Shown: one piece after another, positions 1-9,774 of the stretch
Layout: every line of letters starts with the position of its first letter
How positions within the stretch are numbered: position 1 is the first letter of the stretch
From: an uncultured Actinomycetes bacterium
GTDB taxonomy: Bacteria > Actinomycetota > UBA4738 > HRBIN12
DNA length: 64,000 nucleotides
Assembly: GCA_963771385.1 (NCBI GenBank)
Contig: CAVYTE010000012.1
Coordinates: 145,877 to 209,876, forward strand
Direction of reading: 5' to 3'
Notes under the pieces: model-generated
Told to the model about the DNA's origin: nothing
The model's database searches: none
What the model saw: only the letters and a program-made list of their open reading frames with translations
Made by a program: the position numbers and the translations under genes

Positions 1-2
1 GC

Positions 3-332
3 CCTCCGAGGATGCTGAGGGTCTCTCCCGATGCCGACAACGCCAAGACCACGATCAACATCGTTGAGATGCCCAAGGTCCCGAGCGAGCGCGTCCATGC
101 CATCACCATGCACGACCTCCTTGCCGTCGAGGCGTTTCGCAACAACGCATCATGCCTCATCCTTTCGGGAGTGGATGAGAGGTCGCTCATCTATGAAGCG
201 TCCTCGTACGCAGAACGTGTGAGGTCGATCCGCGTTCTCCCTTGCGACAGAACCCGATGCTGCGTAGGTCGATTACGTCACTTGTCGCATTGTTCGCAGA
301 CCGGGCCCCTGACAACCTTCTCATCTGGGTAA
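3..332 (+). CDS. 3' end of an unidentified gene entering from upstream of the window (partial, function unknown)
   Basis: The frame is open from the window edge (ORF track 12..332). Third codon positions are strongly G/C for about the first 65 codons and then decay, so the real stop may be the TGA at 220-222 in a neighbouring frame. No family recognised from ..ITMHDLLAVEAFRNNASCLILSGVDERSLIYEASSYAER.. Confidence 0.3.
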   Translation, partial: PPRMLRVSPDADNAKTTINIVEMPKVPSERVHAITMHDLLAVEAFRNNASCLILSGVDERSLIYEASSYAERVRSIRVLPCDRTRCCVGRLRHLSHCSQTGPLTTFSSG

Positions 333-382
333 GCGAACAGCGCCCGGTCTGGTGCCGGGTGCGAGGCGGGGTCAGGGGGGAG

Positions 383-565
383 ATGCCCGCAGAGAAGCAA
401 GGGCTTCCCAGACGCGACTTCCTCAAGAGAGCGGCGGTCACCGGCGTCGGTGTCGCATGGGCAGCGCCGGTGATCCAGACGGTTGCGGCGACGAAGGCGT
501 ACGCCAACGGCATGGGGTCGCCGAAGTCCAAGAAGAAGAAGAAGCCGAAGAAGCCACCCGGCTAG
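383..565 (+). CDS. 60-aa pre-protein: twin-arginine (Tat) signal peptide followed by a short poly-lysine tail
   Basis: Internal ATG of ORF 242..565, preceded by a G-rich purine tract. LPRRDFLKRAAVTGVGVAWAAPVIQTVAA matches the S/T-R-R-x-F-L-K motif plus hydrophobic region plus AxA. The C-terminus GSPKSKKKKKPKKPPG is encoded by an AAG run. Confidence 0.5.
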   Translation: MPAEKQGLPRRDFLKRAAVTGVGVAWAAPVIQTVAATKAYANGMGSPKSKKKKKPKKPPG

Positions 566-663
566 GACTCGGCTTCAACGCACGAGCTCCTCGTCGCCGA
601 GGGCCACCACGCCGATCTCCGTAGTTGCCTATACGGCACGTGCAGAACCGAGGCCTCGCTTGG

Positions 664-1496
664 TCAGCTGACCGAGAGCAGCTCCCGCAACGCGTCGTCC
701 AGCGAGGGGAACGCCGGTACGCCGAGCTCACCCACGAACACGCTGACGAGCGCGCTGTTCTTCGGACGGCTCGCAACGAACCCGAGCTCCTCGGCTGTCT
801 GCTCCCGGACGGCTCCCCCGAACCCCCCGATCGACCTGGCTCGTGAGACCAGGTCGAACCACGTGGTCGGCTCCGGGCCGGCGAGGTGGTAGGTGCCGAA
901 GCGCTCGGTGAGGGCGAGCGGCAGGAGCCGCTCGGCCAGGTGCGCCACGTAGGTGGGGCTCCCGACCCGATCGGCGACCCCCCCGACGTCCCCTCCTCCC
1001 GCATCCGGCCGATCGCCTGGGAGAGGTGATCCGTCCCGCCGCCGAACACGTACGCCGTCCGTACGACCAGGTGCCGCGGCGTGATGCGACGGACGTGCTC
1101 TTCCCCCGCGAGCTTGCTGCGCCCGTAGACGTTCACGGGGTTCGGCATGTCGACCTCGTCGTACGGCGAGCCTTTCGTACCGTCGAACACGTAGTCGGTG
1201 GAGATGTGCACCAGGGTCGCGTCGCACGTTCGGGAAGCGAGCGCGAGGCTCTGCGGTCCGAGCGCGTTGTCGCGGAACGCACGCTCCGGGTCGCGCTCGC
1301 AGGCGTCGACGTTCGTGACCGCGGCCGCGTTCACGATGAGGTCGGGCGCGAGCGGCGCGATCGTCTGCATCACGGCGCCGTGATCGCCGATGTCGAGCTC
1401 TCGGTGCGTGAACGGGGCGACCTCGTGGTGCGAGGGGCAGGCCGCTAGGAACGCGCGGCCGAGGCCGCCGCCCGCGCCGGTGACCGCGATCCTCAC
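664..1496 (-). pseudogene. rmlD: dTDP-4-dehydrorhamnose reductase, interrupted by one frameshift as sequenced (probably an indel artefact)
   Basis: The N-terminal half (VRIAVTGAGGGLGRAF..STDYVFDG..YGRSKLAGE) lies in the frame of ORF 438..2138. The C-terminal half (GSPTYVAHLAERLL..FPSLDDALRELL) lies in ORF 664..1632. The break is near 1000, beside C/G homopolymers. The GTG start overlaps the rmlB stop (GTGA). Confidence 0.85.
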
Positions 1497-2491
1497 GCGG
1501 GCGCGCCGGCGAGGACCTCGCCGACCCAGTCCTGATGATCGCGGTACCACGCGAGCGTGGTCGCGAGACCGTCCGAGAACGGCGTCGCCGGCCGCCACCC
1601 GAGCCCCTCGAGGCGGCTCCACTCGAGCCCATAGGCGAGGTCGTGTCCGGGCCGGTCCGGCACGAACGTGATGAGCGACGGGTCGACGCCGAGCGTCGAA
1701 CAGATTCGCCGAGCGAGGTCGAGGTTCGAGAGCTCGGTCCCGCCGCCGATGTTGTAGACGCCGCCCGGATCTCCCCCGTCGAGCACGGCCGCGATCGCCC
1801 GAACGAAGTCCCGCACGTACAGCCACTCGCGGCGGTTCGAGCCGTCCCCGTACACGGGGACCGGACGGCCGTGCAGCGCAGCCGTCGCGAACGTGGGGAT
1901 CGCCTTCTCCGGGTGCTGCCTCGGCCCGAAGGCGTTCGTGCCTCGAACCGTCGTGGCGCGCAGCCCGTACGTCACCACGTACGCGTGCACGAGCAGGTCG
2001 GCGCCGGCCTTGCTCGCCGCGTACGGGTTGCGCGGGCGCATCGGATCCCCCTCGTCGAACGGATCGGCGTCGTCCTCCCGGGAGCCGTAGACCTCGTCCG
2101 TCGACACGTACACGAGCGGACGTTGGAGCTCCCGGCACGCCTCGAGCACCACCTGCGTGCCGAGCACGTTCGACAGCACGAAGGCGCGCGAGTCCTCGAT
2201 GCTCCGGTCGACGAACGACTCGGCCGCGGCATGGACCACGCGGTCGGCCTCCGCCACGAGGGGGGCGACGGCGGCGGCGTCCGACACGTCGCCGAGGACG
2301 AACCGGAACCGCGGATCCGGATCGTGGTGCGACAGGTTCAGCCGCGTGCCCGCGTAGGTGAGCCGGTCGAGCACCACCACCTCGATGCTCGGCCGCTCGA
2401 GGAGCAGGTCGACGAGGTGCGAACCGATGAACCCGGCGCCGCCCGTGACCAGGATGCGCTCGGCCCGCGACCCGTCGTCCCGTTCGGCCAT
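1493..2491 (-). CDS. rmlB: dTDP-glucose 4,6-dehydratase
   Basis: 332 codons from ATG 2491 within ORF 1493..3409. Motifs: ILVTGGAGFIGSH Rossmann motif, STDEVYG, YAASKAGADLL (YxxxK), and the C-terminal LAWYRDH region. Confidence 0.95.
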   Translation of the reverse strand: MAERDDGSRAERILVTGGAGFIGSHLVDLLLERPSIEVVVLDRLTYAGTRLNLSHHDPDPRFRFVLGDVSDAAAVAPLVAEADRVVHAAAESFVDRSIEDSRAFVLSNVLGTQVVLEACRELQRPLVYVSTDEVYGSREDDADPFDEGDPMRPRNPYAASKAGADLLVHAYVVTYGLRATTVRGTNAFGPRQHPEKAIPTFATAALHGRPVPVYGDGSNRREWLYVRDFVRAIAAVLDGGDPGGVYNIGGGTELSNLDLARRICSTLGVDPSLITFVPDRPGHDLAYGLEWSRLEGLGWRPATPFSDGLATTLAWYRDHQDWVGEVLAGAPA

Positions 2492-2502
2492 CGCGGCCGA
2501 GT

Positions 2503-3645
2503 CTACCGGCGGCTCGCGGCCCGGCAGGACGTCGGCGGTTCGGACCGCCGACCGCCCCCAGGTGAACGTGCGGACGCGATCGCGTCCCGCCGCGACCAGC
2601 CGCTCGCGAAGCGCGGCGTCGTCGAAGAGCGATCGAAGCCCGTCGCCGATCGCGGCCGTGTCGCCCGGGTCGACGAGCAGCGCCGCGTCACCGGCCACCT
2701 CGGGGAGCGAAGACGTGCTCGAGGTCAACACGGGTACGCCGGCCGAGAACCCCTCGAGCACCGGGAACCCGAACCCCTCGTAGCGCGACGGGTAGACGAG
2801 CGTGGTCGCCCCCGCGATCAGGGCCGCCTTCACGACGCCGCCGACGTACCCGGGGAGGACCACGCGACGGCGAACCGCCGCAGGAAGGCCCGCGACCTCG
2901 GCGCGCAGCGCCTCGGCCGCGTGCGGGATCCAGTTCGTCCGGCCGCCGGCGATCACCAGCCACGCGTCCACGTCACCGAGCGACGCGAACGCCTGCACGA
3001 GCGCGGACAGGTTCTTGCGTGGCTCGATCCCGCCGACGAACAACGCGTACGGTCCCTCGATCCCGAAGCTCGCTCGGACCTGCCCCACGTCGGCGGCGGG
3101 GGAGGCTCGAACGGCTCCGCGCCGTGCGGGATCACGTGGACCTCGCCCGCGACGTCGTGGCGCTCGAGGAGGTCTCGCCTCGTGCTGTCGGACGGCACGA
3201 TGACGGCGGCGGCGCGCCGGAGCCATCGGTCGAACCTCCTGCGCCACCGGGCGTCGTGGTGCGGCGCCGTGCCGGGCATCACCTCGTGCGCCAGGTCGTG
3301 CACGACGAGCACGACACCTCGGGACGACGTGGGCGGCGGCAGGAAGTTCGTCGCGAGCAGCGCATCGAAACGCAGGAGCCACTCGAGCCTCGGGACGTGG
3401 AGCCGCCACGACACCGGCTGGAACACGCGCGTCGGGAACCGGTCGGCGTGTTCGGTCAGGTTCCGGGCGCCGACGTCGTCGAAGAATCGTCGCCGCGACA
3501 GCAGGCCCTTCGGATCCAGGTACCAGGCGACGACCTCGTCGGCGGGTGCCGAGGCCGGCAGGTGCCCGACGATCTGGCGCGCGTAGTGGCCGACGCCGGT
3601 CCGCCGCGGATCGAGCGCCGGTCGCGCGTCGATCGCGAGCCGCAC
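2503..3645 (-). pseudogene. Family-4 (GT-B) glycosyltransferase, at least one frameshift and no in-frame stop as sequenced
   Basis: N-terminal domain in ORF 2953..3645 (MRLAIDARPAL..GVGHYA..VIPHGAEP). C-terminal domain in the rmlB frame (YALFVGGIEPRKN..PSRYEGFGFPVLEGFSAGVPVLTS). The break is near 3100 at a G run. The reading frame runs straight into the rmlB ATG, while a TAG at 2503-2505 sits in the adjacent frame. Confidence 0.8.
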
Positions 3646-3682
3646 GCGGCTAACCCGTCTCGGCGAGCCGCACGAGCGCCCG

Positions 3683-4733
3683 TCAGACCTCGACCTGGCC
3701 GTGGTCGCCGATCACGAGCCGGTGCACGTCGCCTTCGGCGTGGCGGATCTCGACGTCACGACCGATCACCGAGCCCCCGACGCCCCGAACCCGGAGATCT
3801 TCGAGCCCTCCATCACGATCGAGTCCGTGACGGTGCTTGCTGTCACCACGCAGCCGGCCGAGATCGCGACGTCCGGCCCGACGGTCGAGTCCTCCACGAG
3901 CGCGCTCTCTCCGACGATCACCGGCCCCATCACGGTCGAGCGGACGATCTTCGCGCCGGACTCGACCACGACCACCCCTTCGAGCGTCGAGTCCGCATCG
4001 ACCTCGCCGTCGACCCGTGGCTCGAGGGTGGCGAGGAGCATGCGGTTGGCATCGAGCAGGTCCTCGGGCCTGCCCGTGTCCTTCCACCAGCCCGAGAGCA
4101 TCTCGGCTCGCACGTTCCGCCCCCGGTCGACCAGCCACTGGATCGCCTCGGTGATCTCGTACTCCCCGCGCCACGAGGGCTCGAGCGATTCGCACGCCTC
4201 GATGATCTGGTCGTCGAACAGGTACACGCCGACGAGCGCGAGGTCCGAAACGTGCTCCTCGGCTTCTCGACGAGGCGGACCACACGATCGCCCTCGAGCA
4301 CGACGACGCCGAACCGCTCGGGCTCGGGCACCCGTGCCAGGAAGATCTGCGCGTCCGGCCGGTGGCGCTCGAAGCCCTCGACGAACCGCGCGATCCCCTC
4401 GAGCAGCACGTTGTCGCCGAGGTACATCACGAAGGGTTGGCCCTGCACGAAGTCCCGCGCCGTGAGCACCGCGTGGGCGAGGCCGAGCGGCGCCTCCTGC
4501 TCGAGGTAGGTGGCGCGAAGCCCGAACGCCGAACCGTCGCCGACCGCCGCCCGCACCTCGTCCCCGGTCGGCCCGACGACGATCCCGACCTCGGTGATCC
4601 CGGCCTCGCGGATCGAACGCAGGACGTGGAACAGGATCGGGGTGTTCGCGATCGGGATCAGCTGCTTCGAGTTCGTGTGGGTGAGCGGCCGGAGCCGCGA
4701 CCCCTCCCCGCCCGCGAGGACGAGCGCCCTCAC
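3683..4733 (-). pseudogene. rmlA: Glucose-1-phosphate thymidylyltransferase, long form with C-terminal left-handed beta-helix domain; two frameshifts as sequenced
   Basis: VRALVLAGGEGSRLRPLT..YLGDN (frame of ORF 3930..6119), then SDLALVGVYLF..EYEITEAIQWL (ORF 3766..4827), then GSVIGRDVEI..VIGDHGQVEV (ORF 3683..4285). Breaks near 4262 and 3795. Confidence 0.85.
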
Positions 4734-6119
4734 GAGGGGCACTCCACCGGCGCCTCGGTGCTCGGCGGGGGGATCTCGTAGTTCGCCGTGGCGACCACGG
4801 CCACGTCCACGCCGTCCGGGAGCGCACCCGCCGGCGCCGGCACGAGCGGCAGGTCCCGGAAGTACGTGCCGACCACCTTCGCCTCGGGCTCGAACCCCTC
4901 GCGGTACACGATCGCCGACCCCTTCACCGGTGAACGGACCTCGGCCCGGCCGACGACGCCGGGCGACGTGTTGAATCCGCCATCGGTGAGGACGCCGAGC
5001 ATGTCGGTCGCGACGATACCCGCGGCCTTGTCGACGACGGTGACGACGATGTTGGCGGGGCTCGGCGGGATCGACGCCAGCTGCCTGCCGAGATCGCCGA
5101 GCGGCTTGCCCTGCCTGATGCGTTCGAACAGCTGGGTCGCCTGCGGCTCGATCGACCGAACGATCGAAAGGTACTGGCCGTCCACGATGGTCCCGGCCGG
5201 GATCGAGGGCACCGAGCGGAAGTCCGCCGCTCCGGTGTTCACGCCGTCGAGGGTGCCCGCCAGGTACACGAGCTCGGCAGGGTTGCGCAGGCCCTCGTCG
5301 ACGACGAGGTTGTCGAGGAGCTCGGGCACGAGTGTCGGCAGCCGCAGCAGCTCGCCCGGCGACAGCAGCCGCGAGACCACCGCGCGCATGAACTGCTGCT
5401 GGCGTCCGATCCTCGCGAAGTCCGGGATCGCGTCGCAGGGCTGGTGCCGGGTCCGCACGTACGCGAGCGCCGTCGAGCCGTCGAACCGCTGGCACCCAGC
5501 GGGGATGTCCAGGCCGGTCAGCTCGTCCTGCATCGGGTACGGGACGCACACGTCCACACCGTCGAGCGCGTCGACGAGTCCCTGGAACCCGGCGAGGTCG
5601 ACGTACAGGACGTGGTGGATCCGCAGCCCGGTGAGCTGCTTCACGGTGCGCGCGACGCGCTGCGCGCCCCCGCCGTCGATACCGCCCTCGAACGCCGAGT
5701 TGATCCTCCCCGCGCCGACGCCCGGGATGTCGACCCACAGGTCGCGCGGGAACGACAGGAACGTCGCCTGCCGCTGGTCCGGCTCCGTGTGCACCAGGAT
5801 GATCGTGTCGGAGCGGTTCTCGCCGCCGATGTCCTCGTCCGTCCCGAACGCCACCTGCTCCTCCGGCGTGAGCCCCTCGCGCGAGTCGCTCCCGAGCAGC
5901 AGGTAGTTGCAGGCGCGCTCGTCGCACACGCCGGCGATATCGGGCTCGGCCGGCTCGGTCGCCTCGGTCTGGGGCGGGTCGGGGATCACGTTGATCTGGC
6001 CACGGGCCCAGAAGTACGTCCCCATGCTGAACGCCGCCACGCACCGCGACGAACGCGGAGACGCTGGCCGTCGCGGCCAGGAACGCGCGGCGCGCGTGCG
6101 GGTGGGAGTGGTCGACCAT
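4730..6119 (-). pseudogene. LytR-CpsA-Psr (LCP) family cell-wall glycopolymer transferase with LytR_C-type C-terminal domain; one frameshift near the N-terminal TM segment
   Basis: The 3' third of ORF 4730..8152 reads NYLLLGSDSRE..RSDTIILVH..FLSFPRDLWV..INSAFEGG. The N-terminus MVDHSHPHARRAFLAATASVSAFVAV is in ORF 3930..6119. The break is near 6047. Confidence 0.85.
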
Positions 6120-6172
6120 AGGCTGTCCGGGAAGCGTACCGGCACCGCCGGGGACGCGAGACGGAGGCCCCC

Positions 6173-8116
6173 GTGACGATCGTGTGGAAACCGAGCGACG
6201 AAGTGGTCGAGCGGGCGAACGTGACTCGGTTCATGCGTGCCAACGGGATCGCCTCCGAGGACGAGCTGGTCCGGCGCTCCACGCAGGATGTCGGCTGGTT
6301 CTGGGACGCCGTGGTTCGCGACCTCGGACTCGAGTTCTTCGAGCCGTACGAACGCGTCCTGGACACCTCCCGCGGGGTCGAGTGGGCGACGTGGTTCGGC
6401 GGCGGCAGCGTGAACCTCGCGCACAACTGCGTGGACCGATGGGCCGAACGCACGCCGAACGCGCTCGCCCTCGTCTGGGAGGGCGAGGAGGGCGAGGTCC
6501 GCACGTGACGTACCGCGAGCTGCGTGAGACCGCCGACCGGCTCGCGCACGGGCTGGTCTCGCTCGGCGTCGAGACCGGCGACGCGGTCGGGATCTTCCTC
6601 CCGATGACCCCGGATGCCGTCGCCTCGGTGTTCGCGTGCGCGAAGCTCGGCGCGATCTTCCTCCCGATCTTCTAGCGGGTTCGGGGCGGACGCCGTCGCG
6701 CAACGACTCGCCGACGCGCAGGCGAAGGTCCTCATCACGGCCGACGGGTTCCCTCGCCGCGGGAAGCATGTCGCGATGAAGGAGGTGGCCGACGAGGCCG
6801 TGGCGCTCGCGCCGAGCGTGGAACGCGTGATCGTGGTCGAGCGCGCCTTCCGCGCGGACACGCCCTGGGATCCGGCGCGCGACCTCCGTTGGGACGAGCT
6901 GCTGTGGCAGCAGCCCGAACGGTTCGAGACGAGGCATCTCGATCCGGAGCACCCGCTGTTCATCGCGTACACGAGCGGCACGACCGGCCGGCCCAAGGGC
7001 GCTGTCCACGTCCACGGCGGGTTCCTCGTGAAGATCGCCGAGGAGGTCGCGTACCAGACCGACGTGCAGCAAGGTGACGTCTTGTTCTGGTTCGCCGATC
7101 TCGGCTGGATCATGGGCCCGTGGGAGATCGTCGGCGCGACGGCGCTCGGTGCGACCGTGTTCCTGTACGACGGCGCCCCGAACCACCCCGGGCCCGATCG
7201 CCTGTGGTCGCTCGTCGAGCGCCACGAGGTCACGCACCTGGGCGTCTCCCCCACCCTGATCCGCGCGCTGATCCCCGCGGGCGAGCAAGCGGTCCGGTCG
7301 CACGACCTCTCCTCGCTCCGGATCCTCGCGTCCACCGGGGAGCCGTGGAACCCGGAGCCGTACCGGTGGTTCTTCGACGAGGTCGGCGGTGGGCGCCTGC
7401 CGGTCATCAACCTGTCCGGTGGGACCGAGATCGGCGCCTGCTTCCTCTCGCCGCACCCGATCAGCTCGCTGAAGTCCTGCACGCTGCGCGGTCCGTCGCT
7501 CGGCATGGACCTCGCGGTCTTCCGGCCCGACGGGACGGAGGCGGACCCGGGTGAGGTCGGCGAGCTCGTCTGTCGTCAGCCCTGGCCCTCGATGACGCGC
7601 GGCCTGCGCGGCGACCCCGAGCGATACCTCGAGACCTACTGGCGCCGGTTCCCCGGCGTCTGGTGCCACGGCGATTGGGCAAGCGTGGACGAGGACGGCT
7701 TCTGGTTCCTGCACGGTCGAAGCGACGACACGATGAACGTCGCCGGCAAGCGGCTCGGCCCGGCCGAGGTCGAGAGCATCCTGACCCTGCACCCGTCGGT
7801 TGCGGAATCGGCCGTGGTGGGTATCCCGGACGAGGTGAAGGGCGAGGCGATCTGGTGTTTCGTCGTGACGAAAGGGGAGACGGCATCCGGGATCGAGCGG
7901 GAGCTGGAGGGGCTGGTCGCCGATCACCTCGGCAAGGCCTTCGCACCGTCCCGTGTCGTGGTCGTGCCCGAACTGCCTCGCACCCGGTCGGCGAAGATCC
8001 TGCGCCGGGCGATCCGCGCGACCGTCACGGGCGACGAAGCCGGCGACCTCTCCAGCCTCGAGAACCCGGCGGCGCTCGACTCCATCCGCTCCGCGGTCGA
8101 TCGACCCGCTGGTTGA
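6173..8116 (+). pseudogene. AMP-forming acyl-CoA synthetase (acetyl/propionyl-CoA synthetase family), two frameshifts as sequenced
   Basis: Three consecutive ORFs (6173..6508, 6184..6675, 6614..8116) read through as one ~647-aa protein. Motifs: WFGGGSVNLAHNCVDRW, YTSGTTGRPKG, WIMGPW, TGEPWN, HGRSDDTMNVAGKRLGP, RTRSAKILRR. Breaks near 6505 and 6672. Confidence 0.85.
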
Positions 8117-8169
8117 ACCGGGCTGGTTCCCGCCCACGGTCCGGGCTGGCATTAGGCTTGCTCCTGCCC

Positions 8170-8991
8170 ATGACCCCAGGCGCGGAACGCGAGGTGGCCG
8201 TGCTGGCCGTCGGAGCCGATCCCGGCGACCCGCAGGGATGCACGGTCGAGCTGGCCGACGACCTGCTCGGCGCCCTCGCCCACCTGTCCGACGGCGGCAT
8301 CGACGTCGTGCTCACGGCGCTCGAGTTGCCCGACGCCTCGGGTCCGGACATCGTCCGTTCGCTCCGGGAGCGCGCGCCGGACGTTCCGGTGATCGCCGTG
8401 ACGACATCGGAAGCGAACATCCGGGAAGCGCTCGGGGCGGGCGCGCGCGATGCGTTGCCGGCGGACTCCGGCACCGATCTGCTCGGGCGGGTGTTGCGGT
8501 ACGCCGCCGAGCTCGCCCGCCTCGAGGGGGACCTCGAGCGGCATCAGCTGGTCGACGAGCCGACCGGGCTGGTCGCCACCGAGGGGTTCCGGCTGCTCGC
8601 GGCCCATCACCTCCGCCTGGCCGATCGCTCGAAGTCTCCGGTGGTGCTCGTGTTCATCCGGTTGGACGATCTCGGCGAACCGCGCGGTGGAGCCGCGATC
8701 ACCGAGGCCGCGTCGTTGCTGCGTGCGGCCGTCCGGGCCTCGGACGTGGTCGCGCGCACGGGCCCGGGGGTCTTCTCCGTGTTGCTCGCCGGGGCCGGTT
8801 CGGGAACCGAGTCCCTCGTCCTGACGCGGGTGGTCGAGGCGGTGGCCGACCACAACGCCCGGAACGGGCGCTCGCGGGGCCCCGCCCTGTCGGTCGGCGC
8901 CGCCGTGTACGACCCGGAGCACCCCGTCGGCCTCGACACGTTGATCGTGCAGGCCGACCGGCAGATGCGGCGGCCCTGGAGCGAGCCGTGA
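8170..8991 (+). CDS. Receiver (REC) plus GGDEF-like protein, both domains degenerate
   Basis: 3' part of ORF 7663..8991 from ATG 8170. The REC-like segment IDVVLTALELPDASG has Ala where the phospho-Asp is expected (by-eye alignment to DlvllDlxMPgmdG). The GGDEF fold is recognisable (DEPTGLV..RTGPGVFSVLL) but the GGDEF motif reads GPGVF. Confidence 0.75.
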   Translation: MTPGAEREVAVLAVGADPGDPQGCTVELADDLLGALAHLSDGGIDVVLTALELPDASGPDIVRSLRERAPDVPVIAVTTSEANIREALGAGARDALPADSGTDLLGRVLRYAAELARLEGDLERHQLVDEPTGLVATEGFRLLAAHHLRLADRSKSPVVLVFIRLDDLGEPRGGAAITEAASLLRAAVRASDVVARTGPGVFSVLLAGAGSGTESLVLTRVVEAVADHNARNGRSRGPALSVGAAVYDPEHPVGLDTLIVQADRQMRRPWSEP

Positions 8992-9114
8992 GTCGACGCC
9001 GCTCCGGCCCGCCGCGCCCGGTCCGGGACACGAGAACCGCCGACACATGAGAACCGACATGAGAAGTGCGACCCGCGAGCCCGGGTCGCCGATCCGGCGA
9101 ACTCGCCGCTGCGA

Positions 9115-9774
9115 ATGCCCGTCGAGGAACGGACTGAACGATCGGTCAGGGTCCCGCTCCTCGAGGCGCCCGGTGCCCGTGCGTCATGGGGATCGCCCGT
9201 GACGGCCGACCTCTCCGACGCCCGAGATCGCGACCTCGTCCAACGGATCGACCGTGGTGACGGCGAAGCCTTCCGAGTGCTCTTCGGACGGTACGCGCCG
9301 ACCGCCATGGCGATCGCACGCCGGGTGGTCCGGCAGCCCTTCCTCGCGGAGGAGATCGTGCAGGAGGCATTCCTTGCTGTGTGGCGGAACCCGGAGGGCT
9401 ACGACCAGTCCCGAGGGTCCGTTCGCGCCTGGTTGATGGGCACCGTCCATCACCGCGCGGTCGACGCCGTCCGCCGTGAGGAGTCCCAGCGCAGGCGCGC
9501 CGAGGAGTCGCAGCTCTCGGAGCCCACGACGGTCGCCGATCCCGCCGAGCAGGTGGTGGACGAGATCGGTCTGCCCGAGGAGCGGGAGGCGGTGCGCGGA
9601 GCGCTCGAGGAGCTCCCGCCGGAGCAGCGTCAGGTGATCGAGCTCATGTACTTCGACGGCCTCTCGCAGTCGAAGATCGCCGAGAAGCTCTCACTGCCCC
9701 TCGGGACCGTGAAGTCGCGGACCCTCCTGGGCATGCGGAGGTTGCGGACCGCGTTGGCAGGGATGGAACGATGA
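9115..9774 (+). CDS. ECF-type RNA polymerase sigma factor (SigK-like)
   Basis: Region 2 (FRVLFGRYAPTAMAIARRVV..AEEIVQEAFLAVWRN) and region 4 HTH (LPPEQRQVIELMYFDGLSQSKIAEKLSLPLGTVKSR). An alternative GTG start at 9199 is plausible. The stop overlaps the next gene (ATGA). Confidence 0.9.
   Translation: MPVEERTERSVRVPLLEAPGARASWGSPVTADLSDARDRDLVQRIDRGDGEAFRVLFGRYAPTAMAIARRVVRQPFLAEEIVQEAFLAVWRNPEGYDQSRGSVRAWLMGTVHHRAVDAVRREESQRRRAEESQLSEPTTVADPAEQVVDEIGLPEEREAVRGALEELPPEQRQVIELMYFDGLSQSKIAEKLSLPLGTVKSRTLLGMRRLRTALAGMER

Noticed and set aside
1535-3586. Long antisense or shadow ORFs typical of high-GC DNA: 1535..3586 +, 3019..4509 +, 19447..22059 +, 34749..37412 +, 37470..39602 +, 38493..40352 -, 43311..46883 -, 46983..48971 -, 50993..54970 +, 59046..61724 +, and others
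   Set aside because: Each lies opposite to, or out of frame with, a gene that has clear family motifs. Their translations are dominated by R/P/G/A runs with no recognisable domains.
6120-8152. 5' two-thirds of the 1,140-aa minus-strand ORF 4730..8152
   Set aside because: It is Arg/Pro/Gly-rich low-complexity translation lying antisense to the well-supported acyl-CoA synthetase gene. Only 4730 to about 6050 (the LCP domain) looks like real protein.
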